Below the pieces are notes generated by a model that ran no database searches, was not told where the DNA came from, and was given only the letters and a program-made list of their open reading frames with translations. A program made the position numbers and the translations under genes. Positions 1 through 7,263 of a stretch of 64,000 nucleotides of DNA are shown piece by piece. How positions within the stretch are numbered: position 1 is the first letter of the stretch; the number at the start of each line of letters is the position of its first letter. Location of the stretch: the NCBI GenBank assembly GCA_030645815.1, contig JAUSMW010000149.1:22510-86509 (forward strand), in the 5' to 3' direction. This DNA comes from Candidatus Saccharimonadota bacterium (GTDB lineage: Bacteria > Patescibacteriota > Saccharimonadia > Saccharimonadales > Saccharimonadaceae).

Positions 1-2
1 AT

Positions 3-392
3 GTAAAAGATTTTATCAACAATGCTGCCAGCGGCACAAAGCGAGATGACAGTTTAGTCTTGTTAGAGATGTTTACGAAAATAACTGGTGAGCAGCCAAA
101 GATGTGGGGTACGAGCATCATCGGTTTTGGCCAATATCACTACAAATCCGAACGTAGTAATCAAGAAGGCGATTGGCCGCTAATTGGCTTTTCGCCTAGA
201 AAGCAGAATTTAACACTATACATCATGCCTGGATTTGGTGATTATACTAATTTTCTGGCAAATCTAGGCAAGCACAAAACCAGCAAAGGGTGTCTATATA
301 TCAATAAATTAGCAGATGTAGATATGACTGTCCTAGGGCAGTTAATCGAAAAGTCATATGTGGATATGAAGAAAAAGCATAATTTGTCATGA
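3..392 (+). CDS. DUF1801 (YdhG-like) domain protein; 5' end may lie outside the window
   Basis: The frame is open from nt 3, with no stop before the TTG at 60 used by the ORF track. The core ...[41 protein letters not shown]... looks like DUF1801. Confidence 0.65.
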   Translation, partial: VKDFINNAASGTKRDDSLVLLEMFTKITGEQPKMWGTSIIGFGQYHYKSERSNQEGDWPLIGFSPRKQNLTLYIMPGFGDYTNFLANLGKHKTSKGCLYINKLADVDMTVLGQLIEKSYVDMKKKHNLS

Positions 393-742
393 CAAAACAT
401 AGAATTTACACAATGAGCTTTGCCAGTGTATATCCGTTGTATATAGCCAAGGCCGAGAAAAAAGGTCGCACGAAAGCAGAGGTCGATGAAATCATTTGTT
501 GGCTAACGGGTCATGACCAAAAAAGCCTAAACGTCGAGATAGAAAAACAGACAGATTTTGAGACTTTCTTTACCGAGGCACCAAAGATGAATCCTGCTCG
601 AAAACAAATCACAGGCATGATCTGTGGTGTTAGGGTAGAAGAAATAAAAGAACCAACTATGCGAGAAATTCGCTACCTAGATAAGTTAATCGATGAACTA
701 GCAAAAGGCAAGGTGATGGAGAAGATTCTACGCCAAGATTAG
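389..742 (+). CDS. DUF2200 domain protein
   Basis: [34 protein letters not shown] is the N-terminal signature I recognise for DUF2200. It overlaps the upstream gene by 4 nt (ATGA). Confidence 0.7.
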   Translation: MTKHRIYTMSFASVYPLYIAKAEKKGRTKAEVDEIICWLTGHDQKSLNVEIEKQTDFETFFTEAPKMNPARKQITGMICGVRVEEIKEPTMREIRYLDKLIDELAKGKVMEKILRQD

Positions 743-750
743 TTACAAAA

Positions 751-1164
751 CTATTGCCAAATTGAAAGGATGATTGAGCCGATTGTCATGACGACTAAAA
801 AGTAGCTGCTGTTGAGCCATAGAAATTTCCAGCTACGACGTGAATATAGCGTCACGCCGACAGTTGTTGCTGCTGTGAAACCAAGCCACAACACTAGTCC
901 AGCTTTGACGCCCTCGTATACGTCATTGACGCCTAGCGAATTGAGCACTATAGCCAATGCCGATGCTTGTACTAACGCAGACAATGCGACAAAGCCTATG
1001 ATTTTGTTCGCTTCGTTGGTTGGAATTTTCAAAATGTCGATTTTTGTGTATTTGGTCCATAGCTTTGCAAAGCCCATTGGCGAGTACCAAAACGCCCCAA
1101 TAAACATATATATCAGCCATACGAGTGCGACTGCCCAAATATTGATTCCTTGTAGTTCTAACAT
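751..1164 (-). CDS. DUF1761-like integral membrane protein
   Basis: 137 aa with about 4 hydrophobic segments. The N-terminal ...IGAFWYSPMGFAKLW... is typical of DUF1761. The overlapping plus-strand ORFs look like shadows. Confidence 0.65.
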   Translation of the reverse strand: MLELQGINIWAVALVWLIYMFIGAFWYSPMGFAKLWTKYTKIDILKIPTNEANKIIGFVALSALVQASALAIVLNSLGVNDVYEGVKAGLVLWLGFTAATTVGVTLYSRRSWKFLWLNSSYFLVVMTIGSIILSIWQ

Positions 1165-1194
1165 ATAACCTCCTGATTAATACTGTCATTATAG

Positions 1195-1264
1195 CAAATA
1201 AAAATGCCCACACGTGGTGGGCGGTGTACTCCGGCTGACGACTCAGTGTTGTCAGCCGGAGTAC
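1195..1264 (-). terminator. Tandem hairpins downstream of the pilin-like gene
   Basis: A perfect 14-bp stem (1226-1239/1251-1264, 11-nt loop). A second 6-bp GC stem (1206-1211/1217-1222) is followed on the minus strand by ATTTTTATTT. Confidence 0.7.
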
Positions 1265-1270
1265 TGCAGT

Positions 1271-1681
1271 TCATTTGGGCCAGCCTTTGGGGCAGAAGAT
1301 TGGGGCATCTTCTTTCGGATCAGCACAGATGCGGACAGTTTTACCTGTTTTGTACCGCACGATAGTGAAGACATGACCGGACTTGGAGTGCTTTTCCAGA
1401 GTGAAGCCATCCTTGGCGACATCTACGACAGTCACGTTGCTCGGTTTGCTGCACTTGCGAAAGTCAAGCAGCTGCTCTTTGCCGTCGTAGCAGCCGATAA
1501 GTGCTCTTTCGGCTTTCTCAAGTGCACCGGTTGCTCCGTTGTCGAAGGCCTTGTTCTCTCGTTTTGTAAATTCAGAGCTCACCATCATGACCAGGATTGC
1601 GATAATCAGAATGACCACCACCACCTCGGCCAGGTTAAAACCCTGCTCACTCTCTTTTAAATCTTTAAAGCGTTGGAGCAT
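1271..1681 (-). CDS. Type IV pilin-like protein (prepilin-type N-terminus)
   Basis: ...ESEQG|FNLAEVVVVILIIAILV has Gly-1, Phe+1 and Glu+5 followed by a hydrophobic helix. A C-terminal Cys-x10-Cys (CADPKEDAPIFC) sits where a pilin D-loop would. G+C is richer than in the neighbours. Confidence 0.7.
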   Translation of the reverse strand: MLQRFKDLKESEQGFNLAEVVVVILIIAILVMMVSSEFTKRENKAFDNGATGALEKAERALIGCYDGKEQLLDFRKCSKPSNVTVVDVAKDGFTLEKHSKSGHVFTIVRYKTGKTVRICADPKEDAPIFCPKGWPK

Positions 1682-1764
1682 TTAGCACCAGCCTCTCGGT
1701 TCTTTGTTGAATATCCAAATGGAAGCCTACAATATTAGTATTTTAATATAAAATAGCTATAAAG

Positions 1765-2157
1765 TCAATTAGCGTGTTTTGCCACCTCTCGCCAGCCACC
1801 TGCGCGATTGTTGGCAATGACAGCTTTGAACATATATAACAGGGCCTTTTTGTTGATGCTATCACCTTTGTAAAGTTGGATTGAGCGAGCAGTCGCATTG
1901 CCGTGACCTTGGTTGATGATTTTGTGAGGGTCTGGGGCGATTGGGTCATAAATAAACACATTCAGATGATCCTTTGTCCCCAGCAACGCACAAATATTAC
2001 CGTCTAGTACAAAATAGGGTTGGATAGATCTTTTGATAGTTTCAGTCACATCAGTATCTGCCCCGTGCACAATATCTCGTACCTGCCGGGCTAAAACTTG
2101 CTGCCATTCAGGCAGAGCCTCGATATAATCATCAACTCGCGGGTCAATCTTTGTCAT
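1765..2157 (-). CDS. DUF1801 (YdhG-like) domain protein
   Basis: MTKIDPRVDDYIEALPEWQQVLARQVRDIV...LNVFIYDP... shows the YdhG/DUF1801 layout. It is a second copy of the family seen at 3-392. Confidence 0.7.
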   Translation of the reverse strand: MTKIDPRVDDYIEALPEWQQVLARQVRDIVHGADTDVTETIKRSIQPYFVLDGNICALLGTKDHLNVFIYDPIAPDPHKIINQGHGNATARSIQLYKGDSINKKALLYMFKAVIANNRAGGWREVAKHAN

Positions 2158-2177
2158 ACAAATATGATACCAAATTA

Positions 2178-2630
2178 CTAGACTAGATTCTTTTCATGCA
2201 CAAACTGATCGATATTATGAACGATTTCTTCATATATTTCTTCGTCATACTGATAATCATCTCCGCCAGGTTGAACGATACGTTGACCTTCGCCTGTATC
2301 ATCAATATCCCATATAACTATATCGCCTGGTAAAGTGACTAATTTCTCACACTCATCAACAACAATTTGGTTCATAAAGATAGTAATGTCGCCACTTTCT
2401 ACTCTGGCTTGTGTTAATTGGTCAGAATGGGTCTTTGAGTAGTTATCAATACCGTGTTTTTTTAGTAGCGCGATTGTATGTGGAAGAACGCGTTCGTTGA
2501 GTGTATGATTTGCATTAGCTATTACTCCGCTAGAAATGACTTTTATATCTTTGAGCTGCAAAGATTTTAAGTATGCCTCTGCCATGATGGTCCTATGGGA
2601 ATTCCCACGGCAGATGAAGTGTATCGTCAT
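2178..2630 (-). CDS. Low-molecular-weight phosphotyrosine phosphatase / ArsC-like phosphatase
   Basis: N-terminal CX5R(S/T) P-loop: FICRGNSHRT. 150 aa. Confidence 0.75.
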   Translation of the reverse strand: MTIHFICRGNSHRTIMAEAYLKSLQLKDIKVISSGVIANANHTLNERVLPHTIALLKKHGIDNYSKTHSDQLTQARVESGDITIFMNQIVVDECEKLVTLPGDIVIWDIDDTGEGQRIVQPGGDDYQYDEEIYEEIVHNIDQFVHEKNLV

Positions 2631-3154
2631 GAAGATTTTTTTTCTGATTTCCCTAAAATGTCAAAACGCACAATACCGACAAGAACCGAAACCAATATAA
2701 ATAGCTCAGCAGCCGTACCAGCATAAGAGCCAACTACAAAATTATAGGTAAGCCACAAAGGTCGCGGAAGTAGCATGATAAATCTAATAGCCCTAGGATT
2801 AGTTTGCCAAACTGCAATTGTGCCAAATATTTGCGCCAAAACCGGCAGGTAATCTACCAAAGACTTTGCAGTTAGTGCACCAACAGCAATAAAAATTGCT
2901 ATAAAAAAATATGGCCAGAACCTTTTTTGCGCCCAAGTATCGGTTTCTTTCTTGTACGCAACAAATACAACCGCCGCCTCTATAAGGTTCATCAATGAAC
3001 CAGCCCATGCACCAAGTAGGGCGTAGTGGACAACAAACAAGAGTATACCTATTAGCATAAAGAAAAGGAGCTTTACGCGAGTATTATTCTGAAAGGAAAG
3101 GACTACAAATAAAAGCGCTAAATAGCCAACTCCTTGAATAAATATCTGGTCCAT
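2627..3154 (-). CDS. YgjV-family inner membrane protein
   Basis: 175 aa with about 5 TM segments and a YgjV-like repeat layout. There is a 4-nt overlap with the downstream phosphatase gene. Confidence 0.6.
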   Translation of the reverse strand: MDQIFIQGVGYLALLFVVLSFQNNTRVKLLFFMLIGILLFVVHYALLGAWAGSLMNLIEAAVVFVAYKKETDTWAQKRFWPYFFIAIFIAVGALTAKSLVDYLPVLAQIFGTIAVWQTNPRAIRFIMLLPRPLWLTYNFVVGSYAGTAAELFILVSVLVGIVRFDILGKSEKKSS

Positions 3155-3188
3155 ATATCTCCTTGTATCTAGATTAATACACTTGTCT

Positions 3189-3262
3189 TGGCTAGGGTGG
3201 AGGGATTCGAACCCCCGATCACGGGACCAGAACCCGTTGCCTTACCACTTGGCCACACCCTA
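3189..3262 (-). tRNA. tRNA-Gln (anticodon CTG), CCA encoded
   Basis: The reverse complement folds as a cloverleaf: acceptor TAGGGTG/CACCCTA, D arm GCC-AAGTGGTAA-GGC, anticodon stem ACGGG/CCCGT with loop TTCTGGT, T arm GGGGG-TTCGAAT-CCCTC, then G-CCA. Confidence 0.88.
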
Positions 3263-3321
3263 TCAGTCCAAGAAAAGTGTAGTAATAACCCTACTATTTT
3301 GCCAGATTACCTAGAAAAACT

Positions 3322-3879
3322 CTAGTCTTCTATGCCTTGTGCAACTCTCACTAGGTTTTGCACAACAATAACTTTTTCAATTTCATCATCACTGAGTTCG
3401 CAAAATTTTAGGATATCGTTAGTAGGTACCTTTGAGGCTTTTTGCAAGAATTCTACAAATTCTTGACCTTTTCTAGCGCCTAAATTTGTCTTGAAAAAAT
3501 GTATCGCTCGCTTGTAGTCATCATCTTTATGGCTGAGTTCTATTATTCGCAGTAAAGAACCGTCGTCGTCGATAGTGAATAAAAAACGTTGGCCTGTGTA
3601 CGGAGAATCATTGCCCGCTATCTGCTTTGAAAGCTCTGTATTTTTATCAAAACGTACGCCCACAAAGTAACGGTCATTCTTTGGTGTTTCGCCAAAGCTA
3701 AAGTGAACCTCTGGCAAGTGTTTTGAAAATGCCGAAGCTTCCTGGGGTTCATAGTAAAGAGTATTTTCGATGAATTCATCAAATTCACTCACGTACGCAG
3801 GCTCCTCACCTACAATAATACCAACATCGCTGCGCGGTTCGAGTTCTTCTAAAGCGGGACCTTTAACCTGTTTACTCAT
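3322..3879 (-). CDS. Hypothetical acidic protein
   Basis: A clean 185-aa ORF with no motif recognised. Confidence 0.5.
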   Translation of the reverse strand: MSKQVKGPALEELEPRSDVGIIVGEEPAYVSEFDEFIENTLYYEPQEASAFSKHLPEVHFSFGETPKNDRYFVGVRFDKNTELSKQIAGNDSPYTGQRFLFTIDDDGSLLRIIELSHKDDDYKRAIHFFKTNLGARKGQEFVEFLQKASKVPTNDILKFCELSDDEIEKVIVVQNLVRVAQGIED

Positions 3880-3976
3880 ATGCTCCTCAACCCACCACTT
3901 AACAGTTTAATTGTAGCAGACAATGACTTGATATTATACTGGGATAAATGCTAAGCTAAATATACATTAACAATTT

Positions 3977-4073
3977 AATATCAAGAGTGCAGCGAGGGAC
4001 CTAGCCCTATGACCTGCCAGCAACCCTTTTAGTTGGGTGCTACATCTAGTTCCGATTTTCGGAAACAGATATT
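3977..4073 (+). promoter_or_regulatory. SAM-I (S-box) riboswitch aptamer
   Basis: AATATC-AAGAG-TGCAGCGAGGGACCTAGCCCTATGACCTGCCAGCAACC...GGGTGCTACATCTAG-TTCCGATTTTCGGAA-ACA-GATATT. Conserved S-box blocks are AUCAAGAG, GAGGGA, GCCC, UGA, GCAACC and GGUGCUA. P1 is AATATC/GATATT, and the P4 hairpin is present. Confidence 0.85.
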
Positions 4074-4087
4074 TTATGAGTCACTTC

Positions 4088-4123
4088 AATATCCTTTCCG
4101 ACTATTGGTGAAAGGATATTTTT
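4088..4123 (+). terminator. Riboswitch expression platform: terminator that also sequesters the SD
   Basis: An 11-bp stem AATATCCTTTC (4088-4098) / GAAAGGATATT (4110-4120) with TTTTT at 4119-4123 abutting the ATG at 4124. The 3' arm contains AAGGA, the likely SD. The 3' P1 strand GATATT can alternatively pair with AATATC at 4088-4093 as an antiterminator. Confidence 0.75.
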
Positions 4124-4792
4124 ATGTCATTAGAAACACTATCAAAGCCAGAGGTCGATTTTACAGACTATGCGTTAGAACAAGTCAACACCGAGCTAGA
4201 GCACGCTAGCCCTCTAGAAATAGTACAGTGGGCCTATGAAACATTTGGTGATGATTTGATTGGGGCAACAAACTTTAGAGAGACTTCACCAGTCATGCTA
4301 GCGCTGATTAGTAAAATTAATCATGATATTCAGGTAGTCACTGTGCGCCTAGGGCACGAGTCCGAGAAAACCAAGACGCTCGCCAGATGGTACGAGGCGA
4401 CATTGGGCTTGAACCTAGCAATTCATGGCGATGATATTCAAATCGCCCATGGTGCAAAAGCCGTCAGTGATAGAAAAGCTGAGCTATTTCAACGGGAGGT
4501 AGTTGAGCGTTATAAACCCCAAGCCATTTTGTTCGGTTTAATGCGACAAGGCGAAACAGAAGGCAGAGAAAACATACCAATTATAGAGCGTAGAGATTCT
4601 TTTTTTGCCATAAACCCCGTTGCAAATGTTACGCCGCAAGATGTCGATGAGTTTTTCAGACTTTCTAGCTATCCAAGGAATAGAAACTACCATGATCCAG
4701 CAAAAGGCCCAGATCAAAAATCAGAGTGTGGGTTACATCGACCTAGGCCGAAGCAGAGTATTTCTGACCCCAGCTTGTCATCGCTTCGATAG
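4124..4792 (+). CDS. PAPS/APS reductase (CysH)-like protein, divergent
   Basis: C-terminal ECGLH motif (KSECGLH). It aligns by eye to E. coli CysH blocks, for example ILFGLMRQGETEGRENIPII against WFAGLRREQSGSRANLPVL. The N-terminal nucleotide-binding block is degenerate (ATNFRETSP). Confidence 0.6.
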   Translation: MSLETLSKPEVDFTDYALEQVNTELEHASPLEIVQWAYETFGDDLIGATNFRETSPVMLALISKINHDIQVVTVRLGHESEKTKTLARWYEATLGLNLAIHGDDIQIAHGAKAVSDRKAELFQREVVERYKPQAILFGLMRQGETEGRENIPIIERRDSFFAINPVANVTPQDVDEFFRLSSYPRNRNYHDPAKGPDQKSECGLHRPRPKQSISDPSLSSLR

Positions 4793-5075
4793 CTGGCAGT
4801 AGGTCTAGACCTTTTTGCTCTAGCTGGTATTGGTCGCCAGCACAGTCCGTCATAGGTTGACGAGACACAATGTTTTCAGCCTCTAAATCATCGAGTCTAG
4901 CAGAAAGGGTGCGAGGGTTAACACCACCAACTGAACGTTGGATTTGGCAAAAGCGTTGCGGGCTGAGGCTCAGCACGTATAGAATTTCCGCATTCCATTT
5001 GTGCCCAAGCGCATTTGCGGCTGCGCTAACTTCGCTGCGAAGCGGTGTAGAAATTACAGTTGTTTTATTATTCAT
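4743..5075 (-). CDS. HxlR-family winged-helix transcriptional regulator
   Basis: ...LGHKWNAEILYVLSLSPQRFCQIQRSVGGVNPRTLSARLDDLEAENIVSR... is the canonical HxlR pattern. The 3' end overlaps the convergent CysH-like gene by 50 nt. Confidence 0.8.
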   Translation of the reverse strand: MNNKTTVISTPLRSEVSAAANALGHKWNAEILYVLSLSPQRFCQIQRSVGGVNPRTLSARLDDLEAENIVSRQPMTDCAGDQYQLEQKGLDLLPAIEAMTSWGQKYSASA

Positions 5076-5091
5076 AATTCTGCTATACTTT

Positions 5092-5105
5092 GTATAGTAC
5101 TATAC
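5092..5105. promoter_or_regulatory. Perfect 14-bp palindrome in the hxlR / FMN-reductase divergent region (candidate operator)
   Basis: GTATAGTACTATAC is its own reverse complement. It is flanked by CTATAC..TTT..TATAG-like half-repeats. Confidence 0.35.
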
Positions 5106-5146
5106 ACTTTATAGTTATATCTAAATATTACCACAGAGGAGGAAAC

Positions 5147-5713
5147 ATGGCAAAAATAGCAATAATAGTAGGTTCAACACGACCGAACCGAGTTGGCGCA
5201 AAGGTAGCAGATTGGTTTTATGAAACAGCCAAAAAATCACAAGATGCAGAGTTTGAGGTAGTCGATTTGATTGACTACAAACTACCAATCTTGGACGAGC
5301 CAACACCAGGCGCCACAACGCACGAAAATAGTAAAAAATGGTCTGCAAAAATAGCTGAATTTGATGGGTTCGTATTTGTCACACCAGAATACAATCACGG
5401 AATACCGGGTAGTTTTAAAAACGCCATAGATTTCCTAAACCGTGAGTGGCAACACAAACCAGTCAGCTATGTCAGCTATGGTGTTATCGGCGGCCATCGA
5501 GCAGTCGAGCAGCACCGACAGATTGCGGCACAATTCAAAATGTATGACTTGCGAGAACAGGTGTCGATTATTGCGCCTTGGGAGCTATTTGATGAGTCAG
5601 GTGTGTTGCAGGCAGATGAAACGTATGGAGACAGTGCCGAGAGGGTAATTGAAGAAATCAGTTTTTGGTCAAATGAACTAAAGCCAATACGAGAAAAGCT
5701 GCAAAAAGACTAA
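5147..5713 (+). CDS. NAD(P)H-dependent FMN reductase family oxidoreductase
   Basis: MAKIAIIVGSTRPNRVGAKVADW...FVFVTPEYNHGIPGSFKNAIDFL. The ATG at 5147 is preceded by GAGGAGG (5136-5142). The ORF-track start at 5090 lacks an SD. Confidence 0.8.
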   Translation: MAKIAIIVGSTRPNRVGAKVADWFYETAKKSQDAEFEVVDLIDYKLPILDEPTPGATTHENSKKWSAKIAEFDGFVFVTPEYNHGIPGSFKNAIDFLNREWQHKPVSYVSYGVIGGHRAVEQHRQIAAQFKMYDLREQVSIIAPWELFDESGVLQADETYGDSAERVIEEISFWSNELKPIREKLQKD

Positions 5714-5755
5714 AAGCTTGTGCTTTTAATCCATATCTGATATCTTGTTAATATT

Positions 5756-6301
5756 ATGGATTCATCATCACAAACACCCCAACCAGAGAAAAAACAAGGA
5801 TTTTTGTCAAAACTTTTTGGCGGCAAAAAATCAGAACCAACTGTGCCAGTAACACCAATTAGTGCTACACCTAGTGAGCCAATTGCAAGTGAACCTGTCG
5901 CTCCTAGCGAGCCGTCTACACCAGCATTTTCTAGCACACCATTGTCAGATGTTACTCCAACTACATTTGGCGATGCTACAACACCATCTACGCCAGTTGT
6001 AGATGACCAACCGCTAACTCCGATTAACGACGAAGTACCAGTGGCGCCTGCTGTTTCTGACACATCGGAACCTATAGTTGACCCAGCACCTATTGCAGAA
6101 GTTCCGCAAGACGACTTTAACAAAGTAGATGAAGCGTTAAATGCACTACCCCCACTGCCTGTAACTCCTGACGAGCCACCAGCTCCAGTAGACGAAGTGC
6201 CGCAACCGCCAATTGACCCTATGGTTAATCCGGTGACGCCAGTTGAAGACCCAGCACCAGTTGATGAACAAGCTCCACCGAGTCCAACTAACCCTCTATA
6301 G
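5756..6301 (+). CDS. Proline-rich, acidic low-complexity protein
   Basis: 181 aa rich in P/T/S/E/D/V, with the N-terminal basic-amphipathic motif KKQGFLSKLFGGKK. The antisense 206-aa G/S-rich ORF is judged a shadow. Confidence 0.5.
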   Translation: MDSSSQTPQPEKKQGFLSKLFGGKKSEPTVPVTPISATPSEPIASEPVAPSEPSTPAFSSTPLSDVTPTTFGDATTPSTPVVDDQPLTPINDEVPVAPAVSDTSEPIVDPAPIAEVPQDDFNKVDEALNALPPLPVTPDEPPAPVDEVPQPPIDPMVNPVTPVEDPAPVDEQAPPSPTNPL

Positions 6302-6402
6302 AAAATTATTAGAACATCCTGATAGAGCATAAGCTTTTCTTAAGCTTTGCTATTCATAATAAAAATACACCAACCTTTTCAATGTAAGAGAGGAGTACAT
6401 GC

Positions 6403-6771
6403 ATGAAAATAGCAACAAAAACACTAGTCAGCCTGTTGATAGTGACGGTACTAACAATAGGTAATAGTAGCTTTACCTCTGCAACTAGCGGTTCAGGTAG
6501 TCGTAGCGAGTCTAGAATAGAGCGAGTCACTCGTCGCCATGATCGCAAACTTGAGCTTCGTGCTAGTGTACTAGGTATTTCAACTGATCAACTGCGAGAA
6601 GAGTTGAAAACATCAGACTTTGACCAAGTGTTAAAAAAGCATGGCTTTAAAACCCGAGAAGATTTCCGTACGGCAATGGCCGGCAAGATAAAAGACGAAT
6701 TAAAAAACCGTGGTTGGTCTGATGAAAAGATACAAAAGGTCATTGATTCTAGGCTAGCGCGAATGAACTAA
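6403..6771 (+). CDS. Small secreted or membrane-anchored protein
   Basis: SD GAGGAG lies upstream. The N-terminal signal-like segment MKIATKTLVSLLIVTVLTIGNSSFTSA is followed by a charged helical region. Confidence 0.55.
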   Translation: MKIATKTLVSLLIVTVLTIGNSSFTSATSGSGSRSESRIERVTRRHDRKLELRASVLGISTDQLREELKTSDFDQVLKKHGFKTREDFRTAMAGKIKDELKNRGWSDEKIQKVIDSRLARMN

Positions 6772-6792
6772 AAGACATAAAATATAAAGCAT

Positions 6793-7263
6793 ATGGATAT
6801 TTTCATACGCTTTATAGCTGACGGGCTGGTACTAGTAATTGCAGCCATAGGCGCCTATTTTCTGATATTTAAATTACCAAAAGGTTCTAATCGACTGCAT
6901 GCATACGCTCGTATAGTAATGGCTGGATTAACTGCAGTATTGGCCGCTAAATTAGTGGCTAGCTTTTATCAACCTGATGTGGCTCGACCGTTTGTTGAAC
7001 TAGGTGTTGCAGCAAAAGCGGCGTATTTGGATAATGCTGGTTTTCCATCCGACCACGTACTATTTACTTCTGCGATTGCCTATGCCGTATGGTTTGAGAC
7101 AAAGCAAAAAAACATCGCAATTTTATTGTTTATATTAGTTGCATTTGTTGCACTGGGTAGAGTATTGGCACTGGTACACTCGCCAACAGATGTGCTGGGT
7201 GGATTTGTTTTTGCGTCATTTGGTGCGCTTTGGTACCTGACAAAGCCAAAAAAACAGTTTTAA
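6793..7263 (+). CDS. PAP2-family phosphatase (BcrC/undecaprenyl-diphosphatase-like)
   Basis: PAP2 motifs PSDH and GRVLALVHSPTDVLGG (SRxxxxxHxxxD-type) in a polytopic membrane protein. Confidence 0.75.
   Translation: MDIFIRFIADGLVLVIAAIGAYFLIFKLPKGSNRLHAYARIVMAGLTAVLAAKLVASFYQPDVARPFVELGVAAKAAYLDNAGFPSDHVLFTSAIAYAVWFETKQKNIAILLFILVAFVALGRVLALVHSPTDVLGGFVFASFGALWYLTKPKKQF

Noticed and set aside
60-742. The overlapping small gene pair at the window start; checked as a possible toxin-antitoxin module.
   Set aside because: Both products match conserved domains of unknown function (DUF1801, DUF2200). They do not match TA families, and the first gene extends beyond the window.
1214-1660. A 148-aa plus-strand ORF overlapping the pilin-like gene.
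   Set aside because: It has no recognisable motif and a Cys/His-rich odd composition. Its start sits inside the terminator hairpins. The minus-strand frame carries a clear prepilin signature.
5710-6330. A 206-aa Gly/Ser/Thr-rich ORF on the minus strand, opposite the Pro-rich gene.
   Set aside because: It is the complement of a CCN/ACN/GAN-rich low-complexity coding region, so a long open antisense frame is expected. It has no SD and its start lies inside the FMN-reductase stop region. The plus-strand frame has a sensible N-terminus. Kept only as a caveat.
6326-6350. A hairpin built on two AAGCTT sites (GCATAAGCT-TTTCTTA-AGCTTTGC) after the Pro-rich gene; considered as a terminator.
   Set aside because: The 8-bp stem has a bulge and no U-tract follows on either strand, so it is not listed as a terminator.
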